Positions 1 to 11,042 of a DNA stretch of 64,000 nucleotides are shown one piece after another. Both the position numbers and the translations under genes were made by a program. The notes under the pieces were generated by a model that was given only the letters and a program-made list of their open reading frames with translations, was not told the DNA's origin and did not search any database. Position 1 is the first letter of the stretch. Each line of letters opens with the position of its first letter. Source of the DNA: Pelagomonas calceolata (Eukaryota); assembly GCA_918797485.1 (NCBI GenBank), contig CAKKNE010000004.1:2108001-2172000 (forward strand), in the 5' to 3' direction.

Positions 1-1634
1 TAGAAATACACCAGTCGCCGCGCAGCTCCGTCATCGCGCTAATTCTATTTTTACCTACCGATGGGGTCCACTCTACTTCATTGATGGCTCTCAGAGCGTC
101 TTCTCGGAAGCTATCAACAGAAGCGAACCACTGGTCCGTCGCTCTCATCAGCACCGGTTTTTTGGTCCTCCAGTCGTAGGGGTATCTGTGTTCATATGGT
201 TCTGACAATAAAACCTTGTCGCCTAAGCGCTCCGTGATTTCCTCCGACCCCTTCGTTAGTACGGGTAGGCCCTCCAAGTCAGCACCGGCTTCACTCGTAA
301 ATTTGCCCGCAGCGTCCACAGGACTGAAGGGAGGCAAGTCATATTTCAGACCGGTCTGGTAGTCGTCCTGGCCGTGTCCTGGTGCGGTGTGGACTAAACC
401 AGTGCCGCCCTCGGACGTGATGTAGTCTCCCCCCAAAACGACGGACGCGTCTCCTGGGATCGCGTTATTTGGTACTGGTCTGCTATAAGTAGTCCCAACG
501 AGCGCCTCGCCCTTCAACAAGCCAATCACATTTAATGGAGTGTCGAACTTCGCCGCTAGTTCGTCCACCAAATCTTCGGCGACGATGAGCTTTCGTTCAC
601 CAGAATCAACTACGGCATACGTCAAATCACCATTGACAGCAACAGCTAAATTCGCGGGCAGGGTCCAGGGCGTCGTCGTCCAGACCGCGAGTTGCACTGG
701 ATCACTAGTGAGCTTTTGCAATGCTTCACTCTTGGAAGTGACGTCGAGCGCCGCGTAGACGGAGGGCGACGTGTGGCCTGCGTTCGCGCGACGCGTGAGA
801 CGCGTAGACTCTCGGACGGCCACGCCGACGCCATCGCCGCGACCTTGTCAAAAAGGGACGCCGGCAACAAGTACCATCAGGATATTCTAATTCAGCCTCG
901 GCCAAGGCAGTGCGACTGGACGGCGAGTACCAGACGGGCTTCAGGCCTCGATAAATGGACCCGCGCTTGAACATCGCCGCGAAGACCCGCAATTGAGCTG
1001 CTTCATATGCCGGCTGCAAGGTCAAGTAAGGCTGGTCCCAATCGGCCCAGACGCCATACCTCTTGAATGACTCCCTTTGCGATTCGACGGTCTCCTGGGC
1101 GAATTGGGCGGCTCGTTCTCTTAACTGTAGAGGTGTGAGCGGCGGCGGCATCTCGCCCGTCTTCTTTTTTATTTTTTTGTTTTTGTCGTTAATTTGCTGT
1201 AAAACTTTGAGCTCGATGGGCAGGCCGTGGCAGTCCCAGCCCGGCACATATCGGACCTTATCTCCTCTCAACATGCGACTGCGATTAATAAAGTCCTTGA
1301 GGATTTTGTTGAGCGCGTGGCCGATGTGCAGGTCGCCGTTCGCGTACGGCGGGCCGTCGTGCAGCGTGAATGCCGTACCGCCTTTCTCCCAGAGCTTCTC
1401 GTAGATGTTCGTGTCGGTCCAAAATTTTTGGATCTTCGGTTCCGTCTTGACGGCTCCTGCTCTCTGCGGGAACGACGTGTCCGGGAGCAAAACGGTGCCG
1501 CGGTATTTATCCTCATCCGCCACAACTTCCGGTGCTTCGGTGGCGGCCGCTTTCGGCACGGTCAGCCGGCGCGCGACCGGTCGGAGCGCCGCGCACCGCC
1601 TTGCTGCCAGCAGCATCACTGCTGTCCTCCTCAT
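1..1634 (-). CDS. ileS: Isoleucyl-tRNA synthetase, organellar (bacterial type); 3' part runs off the window; exons 1634-875 and 777-<1
   Basis: Motifs [24 protein letters not shown] (HIGH) and [11 protein letters not shown]. Removing a GT-AG intron at 778-874 gives [12 protein letters not shown], then [30 protein letters not shown] and [10 protein letters not shown]. The N-terminus resembles a transit peptide. Confidence 0.95.
778..874 (-). other. 97-bp GT-AG spliceosomal intron in IleRS, carrying an introner-like core motif
   Basis: GTACTT...CGCAG ends restore the conserved IleRS frame. It contains ACGCCATCGCCGCGAC, a variant of the element core at 41603. Confidence 0.85.
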
Positions 1635-2157
1635 CTGCTAGTCCAGCTGGAGCCGCGTTTTGCACGACTGCGGCAGCGCGTTGTCGAGACCGTCAGACAG
1701 CGTAGTCCGAGCACCACGACGCCTACAGCGTATCGCTGCGCACGGCTGACTTAGCGTCTCCAAAAGTGCATCACAGCAACTTTGGGCCCTGGCTCCCGGC
1801 CATTGGTCGCAGGTCCAAGCGCTCCCCGGCGCTCTGGAGGGACGGCTCCGTCGCGCAGAAGGACCGCTGCGGTTTTCTAGTGGCTTACATGCCGCTAGCT
1901 GGTCTCTGAGATTTTGCACGAGCCCTGCGCAACGAGCACCATACAGCTTGCAGCGCAGCTTTTTGAGCCCTCCCAGCACGTCTTCTTGCAGCCGCGCCAG
2001 CCCTACGAGCTGCGCCGTGCAGTAAGACACTTATCCACTCACCACCACAGCACGCGCGCCAGCGCACAGCGGCGCGCAGAGTTGCGAAGCAACCACGAGG
2101 CTCCCTCTGTTCCTCCTCCGGTTGGGCGGCGCACGCGGCAGTAGACCGCCGAACATC

Positions 2158-4344
2158 ATGCCGCGCGCGGCCTTCACCGAGGGCGTCTCGGACACCGACC
2201 CGCACGCGAGTCTCGAGAAGGTCCTCGACGAGGACAACCTCAAGTGGGTCGAACAGCAGAACAAGGTCACGGTAGATAGATTAGGTGAAATTCGCGGCAC
2301 GAAGACCTACGAGCGCATCCTCGAAGCCCTCGATTCCAAGGACAAGATCCCGGCGGCCTACGAGATCGGCGACAAGCTGTATAACTTCTGGCAGGACGAT
2401 CAGCACGTGCAGGGCATTTGGCGCCGAGCTTCATTGGACTCGTACAAGTCCGATAATGTTGAGTGGGAGACGGTGCTCGACATTGATGCTTTACCGCCAC
2501 CTACAAAGGACACGGCCAAGACCTGGGTCTGGCACGGCTCGAACCTGTTGGATGACGGGAACTTCGACCGCTGTTTAATTTCATTATCCCCAGGAGGCTC
2601 GGACGCGGACACGACGCGCGAGTTCTGCCTCAAGTCCAACAGTTTTGTCGAGGGTGGGTTTGAGATGCTCGAGCCGGCCAAGTCGCAGGTCGGCTGGCGC
2701 TCTAGGGATGAGGTGCTCGTGGGCACGGATTTTGATGGCGACGGGGAGTGTCTGACCGATTCCGGATATCCCCGGGTTTGTCGCAGCTGGAAGCGCGGCA
2801 CGCCCCTGTCCGAAGCGAAGACGGTCTTCGAAGGCGAAAAATCTGATATTTCTGCTTCACAGTACGCGTACACGGATCATGGGGTGGCGCACGAGTTCCG
2901 CGTACGGTCGCTCACGTTCTATACTGCTAAATATTGGCACCGCACACCTTCAGATCTGGACAAAGTGTCCGCGGCAGATGACGACACGCCCTTCGCGGAA
3001 GTGCCCATTCAAGAAGACGCCCAGGTCTCGACGTTCGGATCCATGGCCTTGATCACGCTGCGGAGCGACTGGACCGTGTCCGGGAGGACCTTCAAGCAGG
3101 GGTCGTTACTGAGTTGCAAGTTTTCCGACCTCATGGCCTCTGATCTGTCCAAGGCCCAGGTGTTGTTCGAGCCCACCGCGTCACGCTCGTTGGAGTCGGA
3201 GACGGCCACGAAGAACTATCTCGTGCTGAAGGTGCTGGAAGATGTCCGTTCTACTCTAGTCACGTGGCGTTTTGAGAATGACAAATTCGTCGAGCATTCG
3301 ACGGGTGGCGGCATCGCTGTGGGCGAGGATGTCTCGGTGCAAGGCTTGAACCGCTTCTCGGATCAAGATGACCGCGTGTGGCTCTGGCGCGACGGCTACC
3401 TTAGAGTAGATGCCCTCGACATTGGTGATGCAGCATCACTAGATAAGACTCAACAAGTCAAGACGAAACCCGGCTTCTTCAACAGTGATGGCTTGACCGT
3501 GGACCAGCACTTCGCGACCAGTAAGGACGGCACCAAGATCCCCTACTTCGTCCAGCGTCGAACGGACATGAAGTTCGACGGGAGTACGCCTACTCTCGTG
3601 GATGCCTACGGCGGCTTCGAGATCTCCATGACGCCTCATTACAGTGCTGGAGTTGGGATTGGGTGGTTAGAAAGAGGTGGATGTAAAGTAATCGCGAACG
3701 TGCGAGGTGGTGGGGAGTACGGTCCCTCGTGGCACCAAGCTGCTTTGAAAGAGAAGCGTTATAAAGCGTATGAAGATGTCGAGGCCGTGGCGGCCGATGT
3801 GATTAAGCGCGGGATCTCGTCGACGGAAAAGTTGGCCGTGATCGGCGGCTCGAACGGTGGTCTCATGGTCGGCAACATGATCACGAGACCGGTCGCTTCT
3901 TCCTTGTTCGGGGCGGCCGTCTGCCAGGTGCCGTTGTTAGATATGAAAAGGTACTCGCATCTGTTGGCCGGTGCTTCTTGGATGGCTGAATACGGCGACC
4001 CGGACACGGACGAGTGGAAGTTTCTGCGGCAGCACTCGCCGTATCAATTACTGAGACATGATCGCCTCGGTATTGCTGAAGATGGTGAAGATCGTACAGC
4101 TGATGACAAGTGGACGTGCCCCAAGGTCTTGTTTACCACATCTACACGCGACGACCGCGTCCACCCGGGCCACGCGCGCAAGATGGTCAAGGCTCTGTTG
4201 GAGGACGCTCCCTCCGAAAAAGTACCTTTGTGTTTATATTGGGAGAACACCGAGGGCGGCCACGGCGGCGCCGCCGACAACAAGCAACGCGCCTACATGT
4301 GGGCGCTGACGTATGCCTTCCTGGCGGAGGTCTTGGGGCTCTAG
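2158..4344 (+). CDS. Prolyl oligopeptidase (peptidase S9A)
   Basis: Motifs DAYGGFEISMTPHYS, ANVRGGGEYGPSWH, catalytic Ser in GGSNGG, Asp in RDDRVHP and His in EGGHGG. Likely start MPRAAF at 2158. Confidence 0.93.
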   Translation: MPRAAFTEGVSDTDPHASLEKVLDEDNLKWVEQQNKVTVDRLGEIRGTKTYERILEALDSKDKIPAAYEIGDKLYNFWQDDQHVQGIWRRASLDSYKSDNVEWETVLDIDALPPPTKDTAKTWVWHGSNLLDDGNFDRCLISLSPGGSDADTTREFCLKSNSFVEGGFEMLEPAKSQVGWRSRDEVLVGTDFDGDGECLTDSGYPRVCRSWKRGTPLSEAKTVFEGEKSDISASQYAYTDHGVAHEFRVRSLTFYTAKYWHRTPSDLDKVSAADDDTPFAEVPIQEDAQVSTFGSMALITLRSDWTVSGRTFKQGSLLSCKFSDLMASDLSKAQVLFEPTASRSLESETATKNYLVLKVLEDVRSTLVTWRFENDKFVEHSTGGGIAVGEDVSVQGLNRFSDQDDRVWLWRDGYLRVDALDIGDAASLDKTQQVKTKPGFFNSDGLTVDQHFATSKDGTKIPYFVQRRTDMKFDGSTPTLVDAYGGFEISMTPHYSAGVGIGWLERGGCKVIANVRGGGEYGPSWHQAALKEKRYKAYEDVEAVAADVIKRGISSTEKLAVIGGSNGGLMVGNMITRPVASSLFGAAVCQVPLLDMKRYSHLLAGASWMAEYGDPDTDEWKFLRQHSPYQLLRHDRLGIAEDGEDRTADDKWTCPKVLFTTSTRDDRVHPGHARKMVKALLEDAPSEKVPLCLYWENTEGGHGGAADNKQRAYMWALTYAFLAEVLGL

Positions 4345-4998
4345 GTGGTGACCGTAAGTACTTAGGTAACTGATGGTGATGTATCGGAGTCTTGGGGGTG
4401 TTCGGGCCTCTTCTTCCGGCCAGGGGGGCTCCCTCATTGATCGAAGAGAGAAGCGACCCAATGGGGGGAAACCGCCATGCATAGGTCCTGATATCCCAGC
4501 TTCAAGTCATCCCACGCGGAGTTGTAGGCCTTGCATTGGAGACAGCCGTTGTCGTTCCAGAGCTCGGTAGACTCGACGTCCGGTAGTCCGCCGTCGGTAA
4601 ACCCGGTACCCTTTTGGCACGTCCACAGTCGTCCAGGACCATGTTGGATGTAGGCCTAGAGTGTCTCCTGTTTTCCGAGGCGGCGGCGGCAAATCAGGTG
4701 GCGGTTTGGGTGTGGATGATAGCGAGACTACAACCTGTAAACCGTCCTAGTGTGTTACCGACGCTAGCCTCGGCGCCGAGGCCGCGGCTTTTTTGCGTGC
4801 CACACAGCAGTCCTGTGCGCTTTTAGAAGCGATACGCTGACGCCAGACACGCCTCGTGCCAGCGAGCAACGCTCGCCACAAAGCGCGACACCCGGGGGAC
4901 GTCATCCAAGGGAGAGCAGCCAAAACACGCCGCCGCGGCGAGAGGAGCGGAGCCAAACGAGAGAGCAGCCAAAAGCCAAAAAACACGCCGTCGCCGCG

Positions 4999-5445
4999 AT
5001 GCCGAGACCCGAGTTCTACCTCCGCTACTACGTGGGCCACCGCGGCAAGTTCGGCCACGAGTTCATGGAGTTCGAGTTCGCTTCCACTGGTAAATTGAGA
5101 TATGCGAACAACTCGAACTACAAGAACGACTCCATGATTAGGAAGGAAGTCACGGTGTCCGATGCTGTGTTAGATGAAATAGAAAGGATTATCACGGACG
5201 CGGAAATCACGAAGGAGGACGATTCCGAGTGGCCCGAGCCGGATAGGGTCGGAAGGCAGGAACTCGAGGTCATTAGTAATGGAGAGCACATCTCCTTCAC
5301 CTGCGCCAAGATCGGCTCGCTGCTGGACGTCCAAGAATCGAAAGATCCGGAAGGATTGCGGTGCTTCTACTACCTCGTCCAGGACCTCAAGTGCGCGGTC
5401 TTTTCCCTGATCTCGCTGCACTTCAAGATTAAGCCTATTCCCTAG
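4999..5445 (+). CDS. MAGOH: Mago nashi, exon junction complex core protein
   Basis: Near-invariant [22 protein letters not shown]...[12 protein letters not shown]...[10 protein letters not shown]. Confidence 0.98.
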   Translation: MPRPEFYLRYYVGHRGKFGHEFMEFEFASTGKLRYANNSNYKNDSMIRKEVTVSDAVLDEIERIITDAEITKEDDSEWPEPDRVGRQELEVISNGEHISFTCAKIGSLLDVQESKDPEGLRCFYYLVQDLKCAVFSLISLHFKIKPIP

Positions 5446-5450
5446 TATTA

Positions 5451-6233
5451 TTACACAGTATCGGTGCCGAGGTAGAAGTAGTGCTCCAGCTCGACCGCGG
5501 CCGCGTCCGGGTGCTCCTTCGTCGCGGAAAACGGAGCCATCTCGCGCTGCCACCGCTCGTTTACCGCCTCGCGGGCCATCCTTTCGCAGCACTCGGAGAA
5601 GGGCGCATCGCTCTCGAACACACCAAAGGCCCGCCCGTCGGAACCGCAGAACAGCGAGTACTCGTGCCAGCCGTTCCGAACCAGCGCCTCCTGCATCGCG
5701 GGCCAGACCCGCTCGTGGCGCCGCTTGTACTCGGCCAGCCTCGTCTTATCAAAACGCATCTCGAACGCGACGCGCCGCCGTCCATTCCGCGTCCGCGCCG
5801 GGCCCGTCCAGGCCTGCGGCGTCCAGTCGTCGACGGCAGTCTGCAGCGCAGCGCGGCCGCCCGCGACCATGTGCGGCAGGATGTGGTCCTTGATGACGGC
5901 TATGTGCGCTTCGTGCTTCGCATACGCCTTATAGTCGCCCTCCGACGCGAACTCGACGAGGCCGCCGATCGACGCGTTGCGGCCGTCGTCGAGGCTCGCG
6001 ACCTGGCGGCCGACCTCCATCCTTAAAATGGTCGGGATCCGGGCCGGCAGCCGGCGCAGCGCGGCGAGCATCGCGTCGACGGCATCCGACGGCGTCCCGG
6101 GCTTGAGTTTTACTAAAACCATGTGGCGCACGCGTGATGGCGCAGGCGTCCGCCGGCGTCGCGCCAGCAGCGTCGCGACCATGGCGCCCGCAGCGGCTGC
6201 TGCAGCCAGTGCGAGCGGTGACTGTGGCGGCAT
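5451..6233 (-). CDS. Fusion of a Dabb (stress-responsive alpha/beta barrel) domain and an L-rhamnose mutarotase (RhaM-like) domain, with an N-terminal hydrophobic anchor
   Basis: Dabb-like: VRHMVLVKLKP...VEFASEGDYKAYAKHEAH. RhaM-like: AEYKRRHERVWPAM...WHEYSLF...VNERWQREM. Confidence 0.8.
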   Translation of the reverse strand: MPPQSPLALAAAAAAGAMVATLLARRRRTPAPSRVRHMVLVKLKPGTPSDAVDAMLAALRRLPARIPTILRMEVGRQVASLDDGRNASIGGLVEFASEGDYKAYAKHEAHIAVIKDHILPHMVAGGRAALQTAVDDWTPQAWTGPARTRNGRRRVAFEMRFDKTRLAEYKRRHERVWPAMQEALVRNGWHEYSLFCGSDGRAFGVFESDAPFSECCERMAREAVNERWQREMAPFSATKEHPDAAAVELEHYFYLGTDTV

Positions 6234-6374
6234 GGCAGCGATCAATGATTGAAAAAAGCACTACAGGAGCACGCCTGCGGCTATTTATGCACCATCTGGC
6301 TGTGCAGCTTTAGTATGCTCTATTCTAAGTGGGTTTACGCTAGCTCGGCTCAACTTCACTCGGCCGCTGATGAG

Positions 6375-7709
6375 ATGGCCTGCATACGCGTCGTTTTAGC
6401 ACTATCCCTGACTCGCATTAATGCGCTGTCGACGACTGCTGCCCCAACAAAGACCCTTTTTCTCGCGAAACCCACCGTAAATGCGGAGGCATTGCTGCAG
6501 CACTTTGCGGCGCACGGCTGCTGCGTGACCGACGTCGACGCGCACACGCGCTTCGCATTCGTTCAATTCGAGTCGGATGCCGACGCAAACCGCGCGCTAG
6601 CGCTCGAAAATGGACCGTACCGCGAGGCGAAGCGGGCGCACGCGTCGATCAACGACCGCAACGCGACGGCCGCGGCCGCCTGGGACGCTCTCTGTGCAAA
6701 GCTTCGCGGCGTCACGGCTGGCGCGGTCGTCCCACGGAGCCATGCGGACCGCGTCGCGGCGCGGCTCGCCGCGCGCGGCCACGAGACGCTGGCGGTCGAG
6801 CAGGTCGGCGTCGAGCGCCTCCTGCTGCTTAGGACGCGCGACCCGGCAGCGTTCGCCGCGGAGACCTCGGCAGACGCCGTGCTCGCTGGCGTCTGCGTGC
6901 CCCTCGCGCTCGATGGCCACAAGCCAGTGACCGACGTCGCCGCGGCCGCTGATGAGATCGACGAGCTGCTCCGCGACGCCTCCGCGGGCGCCAGTACGCG
7001 GGTCCGCGTCCGGACGTCGCCCCCGGCGCTGGCGGCGGAAATCACGCGGCGCCTCGAGGGCGCGACGGCGTACGCTCTCGCTCCTGGCCAAGCAGACCTC
7101 GAGGCCCACGTCGCGGTCGTCGACCGGGCGTACGTCTGCGGCGTCGTCGCTGCGCCGAACAGGGAGCAGGCGCGGCGGAAACAGGTCGCTTCTAGGGCTT
7201 ACTTCAAACTCGAAGAAGCGTTAGACCTCGCCGGGGTTGAAGACCTCCACGGCTCACATGCACTGGACCTCGGAGCCGCGCCCGGAGGCTGGACCGAGAG
7301 CCTGCTCGATCGCGGCGCGAGCGTCGTCGCGGTGGACCCGGGCGCGTTGAATGAGAGCGTGGGGGCCAGGCCAGGCGTCCGGCACATACAAAAAAAGTCC
7401 CAAGCGGCGCGCAATGATGGAGATCTGGACGGTGAACGCTTCGACGTCTTTGTGTGTGACATGTGTTTGCATGAGCCTGGGGATGCAGTCGCCGCTTTAG
7501 AAGCCTGCGCGCCGCATCTAAAGCCGGGCGCCCTCGTCGTGCTCGCCATCAAACTGACGCAACCGGCGAAGTCGACGGCGCTCAACGACAAGCGGGCCGA
7601 GCCCTACGTCGAGCGCCTCCGGCCACTGCTGGACGGCGCCGCGGCGCACCACCTCGTCGCCAGCCGCACGCGCGAGCGGACCGTCGTCGGGCGCTGGCGC
7701 GGTTCTTAA
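6375..7709 (+). CDS. FtsJ/RlmM-like 2'-O-ribose RNA methyltransferase with an N-terminal RRM-like region; probable organellar targeting
   Basis: ASRAYFKLEEA, ALDLGAAPGGW, VAVDP, VCDM and IKL supply K-D-K catalytic residues. RFAFVQF is RNP1-like. The start MACIRVVLALSL is signal-like. Confidence 0.8.
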   Translation: MACIRVVLALSLTRINALSTTAAPTKTLFLAKPTVNAEALLQHFAAHGCCVTDVDAHTRFAFVQFESDADANRALALENGPYREAKRAHASINDRNATAAAAWDALCAKLRGVTAGAVVPRSHADRVAARLAARGHETLAVEQVGVERLLLLRTRDPAAFAAETSADAVLAGVCVPLALDGHKPVTDVAAAADEIDELLRDASAGASTRVRVRTSPPALAAEITRRLEGATAYALAPGQADLEAHVAVVDRAYVCGVVAAPNREQARRKQVASRAYFKLEEALDLAGVEDLHGSHALDLGAAPGGWTESLLDRGASVVAVDPGALNESVGARPGVRHIQKKSQAARNDGDLDGERFDVFVCDMCLHEPGDAVAALEACAPHLKPGALVVLAIKLTQPAKSTALNDKRAEPYVERLRPLLDGAAAHHLVASRTRERTVVGRWRGS

Positions 7710-7713
7710 CACG

Positions 7714-8274
7714 TTATGAATTACTCCCGAACAAATCCGCGTCCGCCTCGTCCGCGAAGCCGCTCTTCGTCACGAAGAACGACTCGCCGGCGGCCTCGAA
7801 GGTCACGAACGGTCGCAGCGTCGTCGGCTCGCGCTTCACGTCCGCCTCTCGAAACTCGTGCGTCACGCGCCGCGCGAGGATGTCCATGCGCGTCGCGACG
7901 ATACGGTCGCCCTCCCGCGACATCTCGAAGACGAACGGGAGCGTGCAGAAGTGCAATGCAGCTGTGGACCCGACCCCCGCGACCATCGCCGTGCCGCCGA
8001 CGGCCACTTTGCCCATGAGCGACACGGTGGCCGAGGACTTGAAGATGAGAGCCATCGGCGGCAGCATTAGCGACGTCGCCAGCGTCGTGAGCGAGACGAG
8101 CCGGATGCGTTTCACGGCTGCGTTCAGCGGGCCCTCGTAGATTTTCACGACTGTGTCGTCCTCCTTTGTCGCGGCGGTGGCGAAGCGGCGGCAGGCTGCC
8201 GCCGCGAATGCTGGTCGCTGCGCCTGGCTGCATAGCGCACGCGTGGGAGCAGCGCGCCGGAGGACAAGCAGCAT
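7714..8274 (-). CDS. TMEM70: TMEM70-family mitochondrial ATP synthase assembly factor
   Basis: Mitochondrial presequence MLLVLRRAAP; IYEGPLNAAVKRIRLVSLTT; two TM helices; LHFCTLPFV; RPFVTF. Confidence 0.75.
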   Translation of the reverse strand: MLLVLRRAAPTRALCSQAQRPAFAAAACRRFATAATKEDDTVVKIYEGPLNAAVKRIRLVSLTTLATSLMLPPMALIFKSSATVSLMGKVAVGGTAMVAGVGSTAALHFCTLPFVFEMSREGDRIVATRMDILARRVTHEFREADVKREPTTLRPFVTFEAAGESFFVTKSGFADEADADLFGSNS

Positions 8275-8624
8275 CCTCGTGAGAGTGGAGGCTGTAGCTG
8301 GTGTGTTGTTGCCGCACGGCTCAAGCACCGTCTTCGCAGGACAATTAGCAATCAACGCGATGCCGCGAGGAGGAATCGAAGCTACTATTGCACGCACAAG
8401 GCGATGCGCCGCAATTTGCGCAGCTAGCGGTCAGTAACACACTAGAAAACACCTGAGCGGCCAAGCTCGCGCCAGCGGCTTAGTGTTGCGCCTAGGCACG
8501 TCTAGGTCGCAGCGGTGACTCTCCAAGGCCCTCAGCAGCGCTGCGGCAGAGCAGCTTTGCAAGCCATCCGATAGAATTCAAATAAGTACGAGTTGGCTCT
8601 CCCGGGCAGGGTTTCACACCGTGA

Positions 8625-11042
8625 ATGGTCTTTGCCACTGAAACCGCGCCCGCCGCGAGCATCTATGCAACCAGAACCGCAGTGAGGGCAGCGCTGGCCG
8701 GCATGCAGCCCTCCGAGGCCGACGCGGGCGACGCGGGCGACGCCGTGCTCGTCACCGTCCACAACCTGTCGTTCGAGACGAAGCGCGACGGGCTCGCGGA
8801 GCATCTCGGGGTCGCGGAGCACCGCGTCGAGGTCCTCATGCGGCCCGACGGCAGGAGTAGCGGCCGCGCGCGCGTCTGTTTCCCGTCGCGCGCCGAGGCC
8901 GAGGCCGTCATCGAAAAGGTGCACCAAACCGACCTCGACGGCCGGACGATTTCGCTGTCGGTGAAGCGGGACAGCACCGCGGCCGGCGAGACGATCGTGA
9001 CGCTCCGCAACCTGCCGCCCACGACGAAGACCGGCGACGTAACGAAACACGTCAAGCGGGTCACCGAGCGCGGCTCGGTCGGCCGCATCATTCTCTATAA
9101 AAAGGGCGCTTTGTCGGCGGACGTGGCGTTCAAGTCGCTCGCCGAGGCCGAGGCCGCCGCGCGGAAGCTGGACGGCACCGAGCTCGCCGGCCGGACGCTG
9201 TCGGCGCGCGTGTCGCCGCGGAAGCCGCGAAGCGTGTCGCCGCGGCCCGCCACGCCGCCGGCGCCGCCGTCGTCCAACGGGTCGCCCCGGGCCGGCGCGC
9301 GGTCGCGCGAGGCCGTCGTGGCGGCGTTGAGTGCTTGGGTCGCGGCGCGGCGGCCGGACCGCACCCACTCACGCAACCTCGACGCCTTCTACAAAGAGCA
9401 CCCGCACCTGGGACGAAAGCCCAAGGGCTCCGCGTGGCTCACTCCGGACCTCCTCGCCGCGCAGGGCCTCCAGCAGCGCCCGGACGTCAACGGCGGCTTC
9501 TTCCTCGAGGAGCTCGACGACGACGCCGCGGCCGCGTGGGCGCCGATCGGAGCGCCCGCCTCGGACGGCGCCGCGGCGATCCTGGCGCTCGTCGCGCGCG
9601 CCGACGCGCTCCGGCCGCGGCTCGAGCGCCGAGACGAGGACATCCGGGCCCGGGTCCAGAGCGTCTTACAGAAAGCCGTTTCCTTCCGAAGGTGCGCCGT
9701 CGGCGTCTTCGGGAGTGCCGCGTCGGGCCTGCGGACGTCCGACACGGCCGACCTGGACCTTTGTGTCCTCGACCCGGCGATCGAGAAGAAGGCCTCGGCG
9801 TATCGGGCGTTGCTAAGCGAGGCCCGCGAGCTCGATGCTGATGGCGAGTTATTTGAGCGAGGCACGCGCCTCAAGAAGGCGCGGCGGGCGCTCGACGTCG
9901 CGATGCGAGAGAAGGAGCGCGAGGCCCAAATGGTCGTCGAGATGACGGCCGCCGGCAATACGATAGAGAAGGTGCAAAAACACGAGGACAAGTGGCGGTC
10001 GGTCTGCGAGGAGATCCCGAAATTGGAGGAGGTGGTACGGGAACTCGAGGAAGCAAATACTTCAATCATAGATAGAGTGATGGAATTACGAGAACAGGCC
10101 GACGACAAGAAGTTCAAGAACGCGGGCTGCGTCTACCCTATGAAAAGTGCGCTTGAGCGCGCTAGAGGCTTCGGCGACTTTAAGGTCGTGAGGCACGCGC
10201 GCGTACCTCTGGTCAAGTGCGTTTATAACCCCAACGAGAGGGGGTTCTCAGAGATTGCCCTAGACATCGTGCCGGGCAACGCCGTCGCCCACGCCAATTC
10301 TCGACTGCTCAAAGCGTATGGCGACAAGGCGCCGGCGTTCCGAGCTCTAGTATTGGTAGTGAAGTCCTGGGCGAAGTCGAGGGGTTTGAACGACGCTTCC
10401 GAGGGCTACCTGTCGTCCTACGCCCATGCTCTGACGTGTTTGCATTTCTGTCTCGTCAAGGGTCTCTGGCCGCGGGATTTTCATGATGCTCCAGTTAATA
10501 TGGTGGAGGATATAGATGTCTCGTGGCAGGAGGTCGGCTGGTCGCCGCCGAAGCAGCCTTCGTTCGAATTAGTGAGGAGCTATTTTGAGTATATGAATAG
10601 TGTCATCCACGACGACGGCGCGTATTGCCTATGTTGTAGGGCAAGGCCGACGGCTTCGAGGAATGATGGAGATAGGGGCGCGTATTTGATCTCAAAAGAC
10701 CGCTGGACCTTCAAGAACGAGGACAGTCGCAGGCAGTGCCTCGGGCGCCTGTCCGTCGAGGACCCCTTCCGCACGTTCGACTCGCGGGGGCCGCACGACC
10801 CGGCCGCGACGCTGGAAAGAGGTGGTTTGGAGAAGCTGAAGGCGGGCTATACCGCGGCTGTCGCTTTACTTGGCGACGACTCGAAGGACGAGCGGCAGCG
10901 CGTCGCCGAACTCGCTGCTGTAGACCTCGACGAAAGGTCGATGTGGGCCGCGCGCAAGGAGGCCAACATCGCGGCGATGGCGGCCGGGCGGGCGCCGCCG
11001 CCGCCGCCGCCGCCGCGGCGCTCGCGGCGAGCCGGTCGGTGA
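8625..11042 (+). CDS. Cid1/TUTase-family terminal nucleotidyltransferase with two N-terminal RRMs
   Basis: Two RRMs (VTVHNLS...GRARVCF; TLRNLP...ADVAF). Catalytic FGS...DLDL. Also RHARVPLVK, LVVKSWAKSRGLNDASEGYLSSYA and LSVEDPF (PAP-associated domain). Confidence 0.85.
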   Translation: MVFATETAPAASIYATRTAVRAALAGMQPSEADAGDAGDAVLVTVHNLSFETKRDGLAEHLGVAEHRVEVLMRPDGRSSGRARVCFPSRAEAEAVIEKVHQTDLDGRTISLSVKRDSTAAGETIVTLRNLPPTTKTGDVTKHVKRVTERGSVGRIILYKKGALSADVAFKSLAEAEAAARKLDGTELAGRTLSARVSPRKPRSVSPRPATPPAPPSSNGSPRAGARSREAVVAALSAWVAARRPDRTHSRNLDAFYKEHPHLGRKPKGSAWLTPDLLAAQGLQQRPDVNGGFFLEELDDDAAAAWAPIGAPASDGAAAILALVARADALRPRLERRDEDIRARVQSVLQKAVSFRRCAVGVFGSAASGLRTSDTADLDLCVLDPAIEKKASAYRALLSEARELDADGELFERGTRLKKARRALDVAMREKEREAQMVVEMTAAGNTIEKVQKHEDKWRSVCEEIPKLEEVVRELEEANTSIIDRVMELREQADDKKFKNAGCVYPMKSALERARGFGDFKVVRHARVPLVKCVYNPNERGFSEIALDIVPGNAVAHANSRLLKAYGDKAPAFRALVLVVKSWAKSRGLNDASEGYLSSYAHALTCLHFCLVKGLWPRDFHDAPVNMVEDIDVSWQEVGWSPPKQPSFELVRSYFEYMNSVIHDDGAYCLCCRARPTASRNDGDRGAYLISKDRWTFKNEDSRRQCLGRLSVEDPFRTFDSRGPHDPAATLERGGLEKLKAGYTAAVALLGDDSKDERQRVAELAAVDLDERSMWAARKEANIAAMAAGRAPPPPPPPRRSRRAGR

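Noticed and set aside
2158..4344. Horizontal origin of the bacterial-looking prolyl oligopeptidase
   Set aside because: The family is widespread and composition matches the host; this cannot be supported without a phylogeny.
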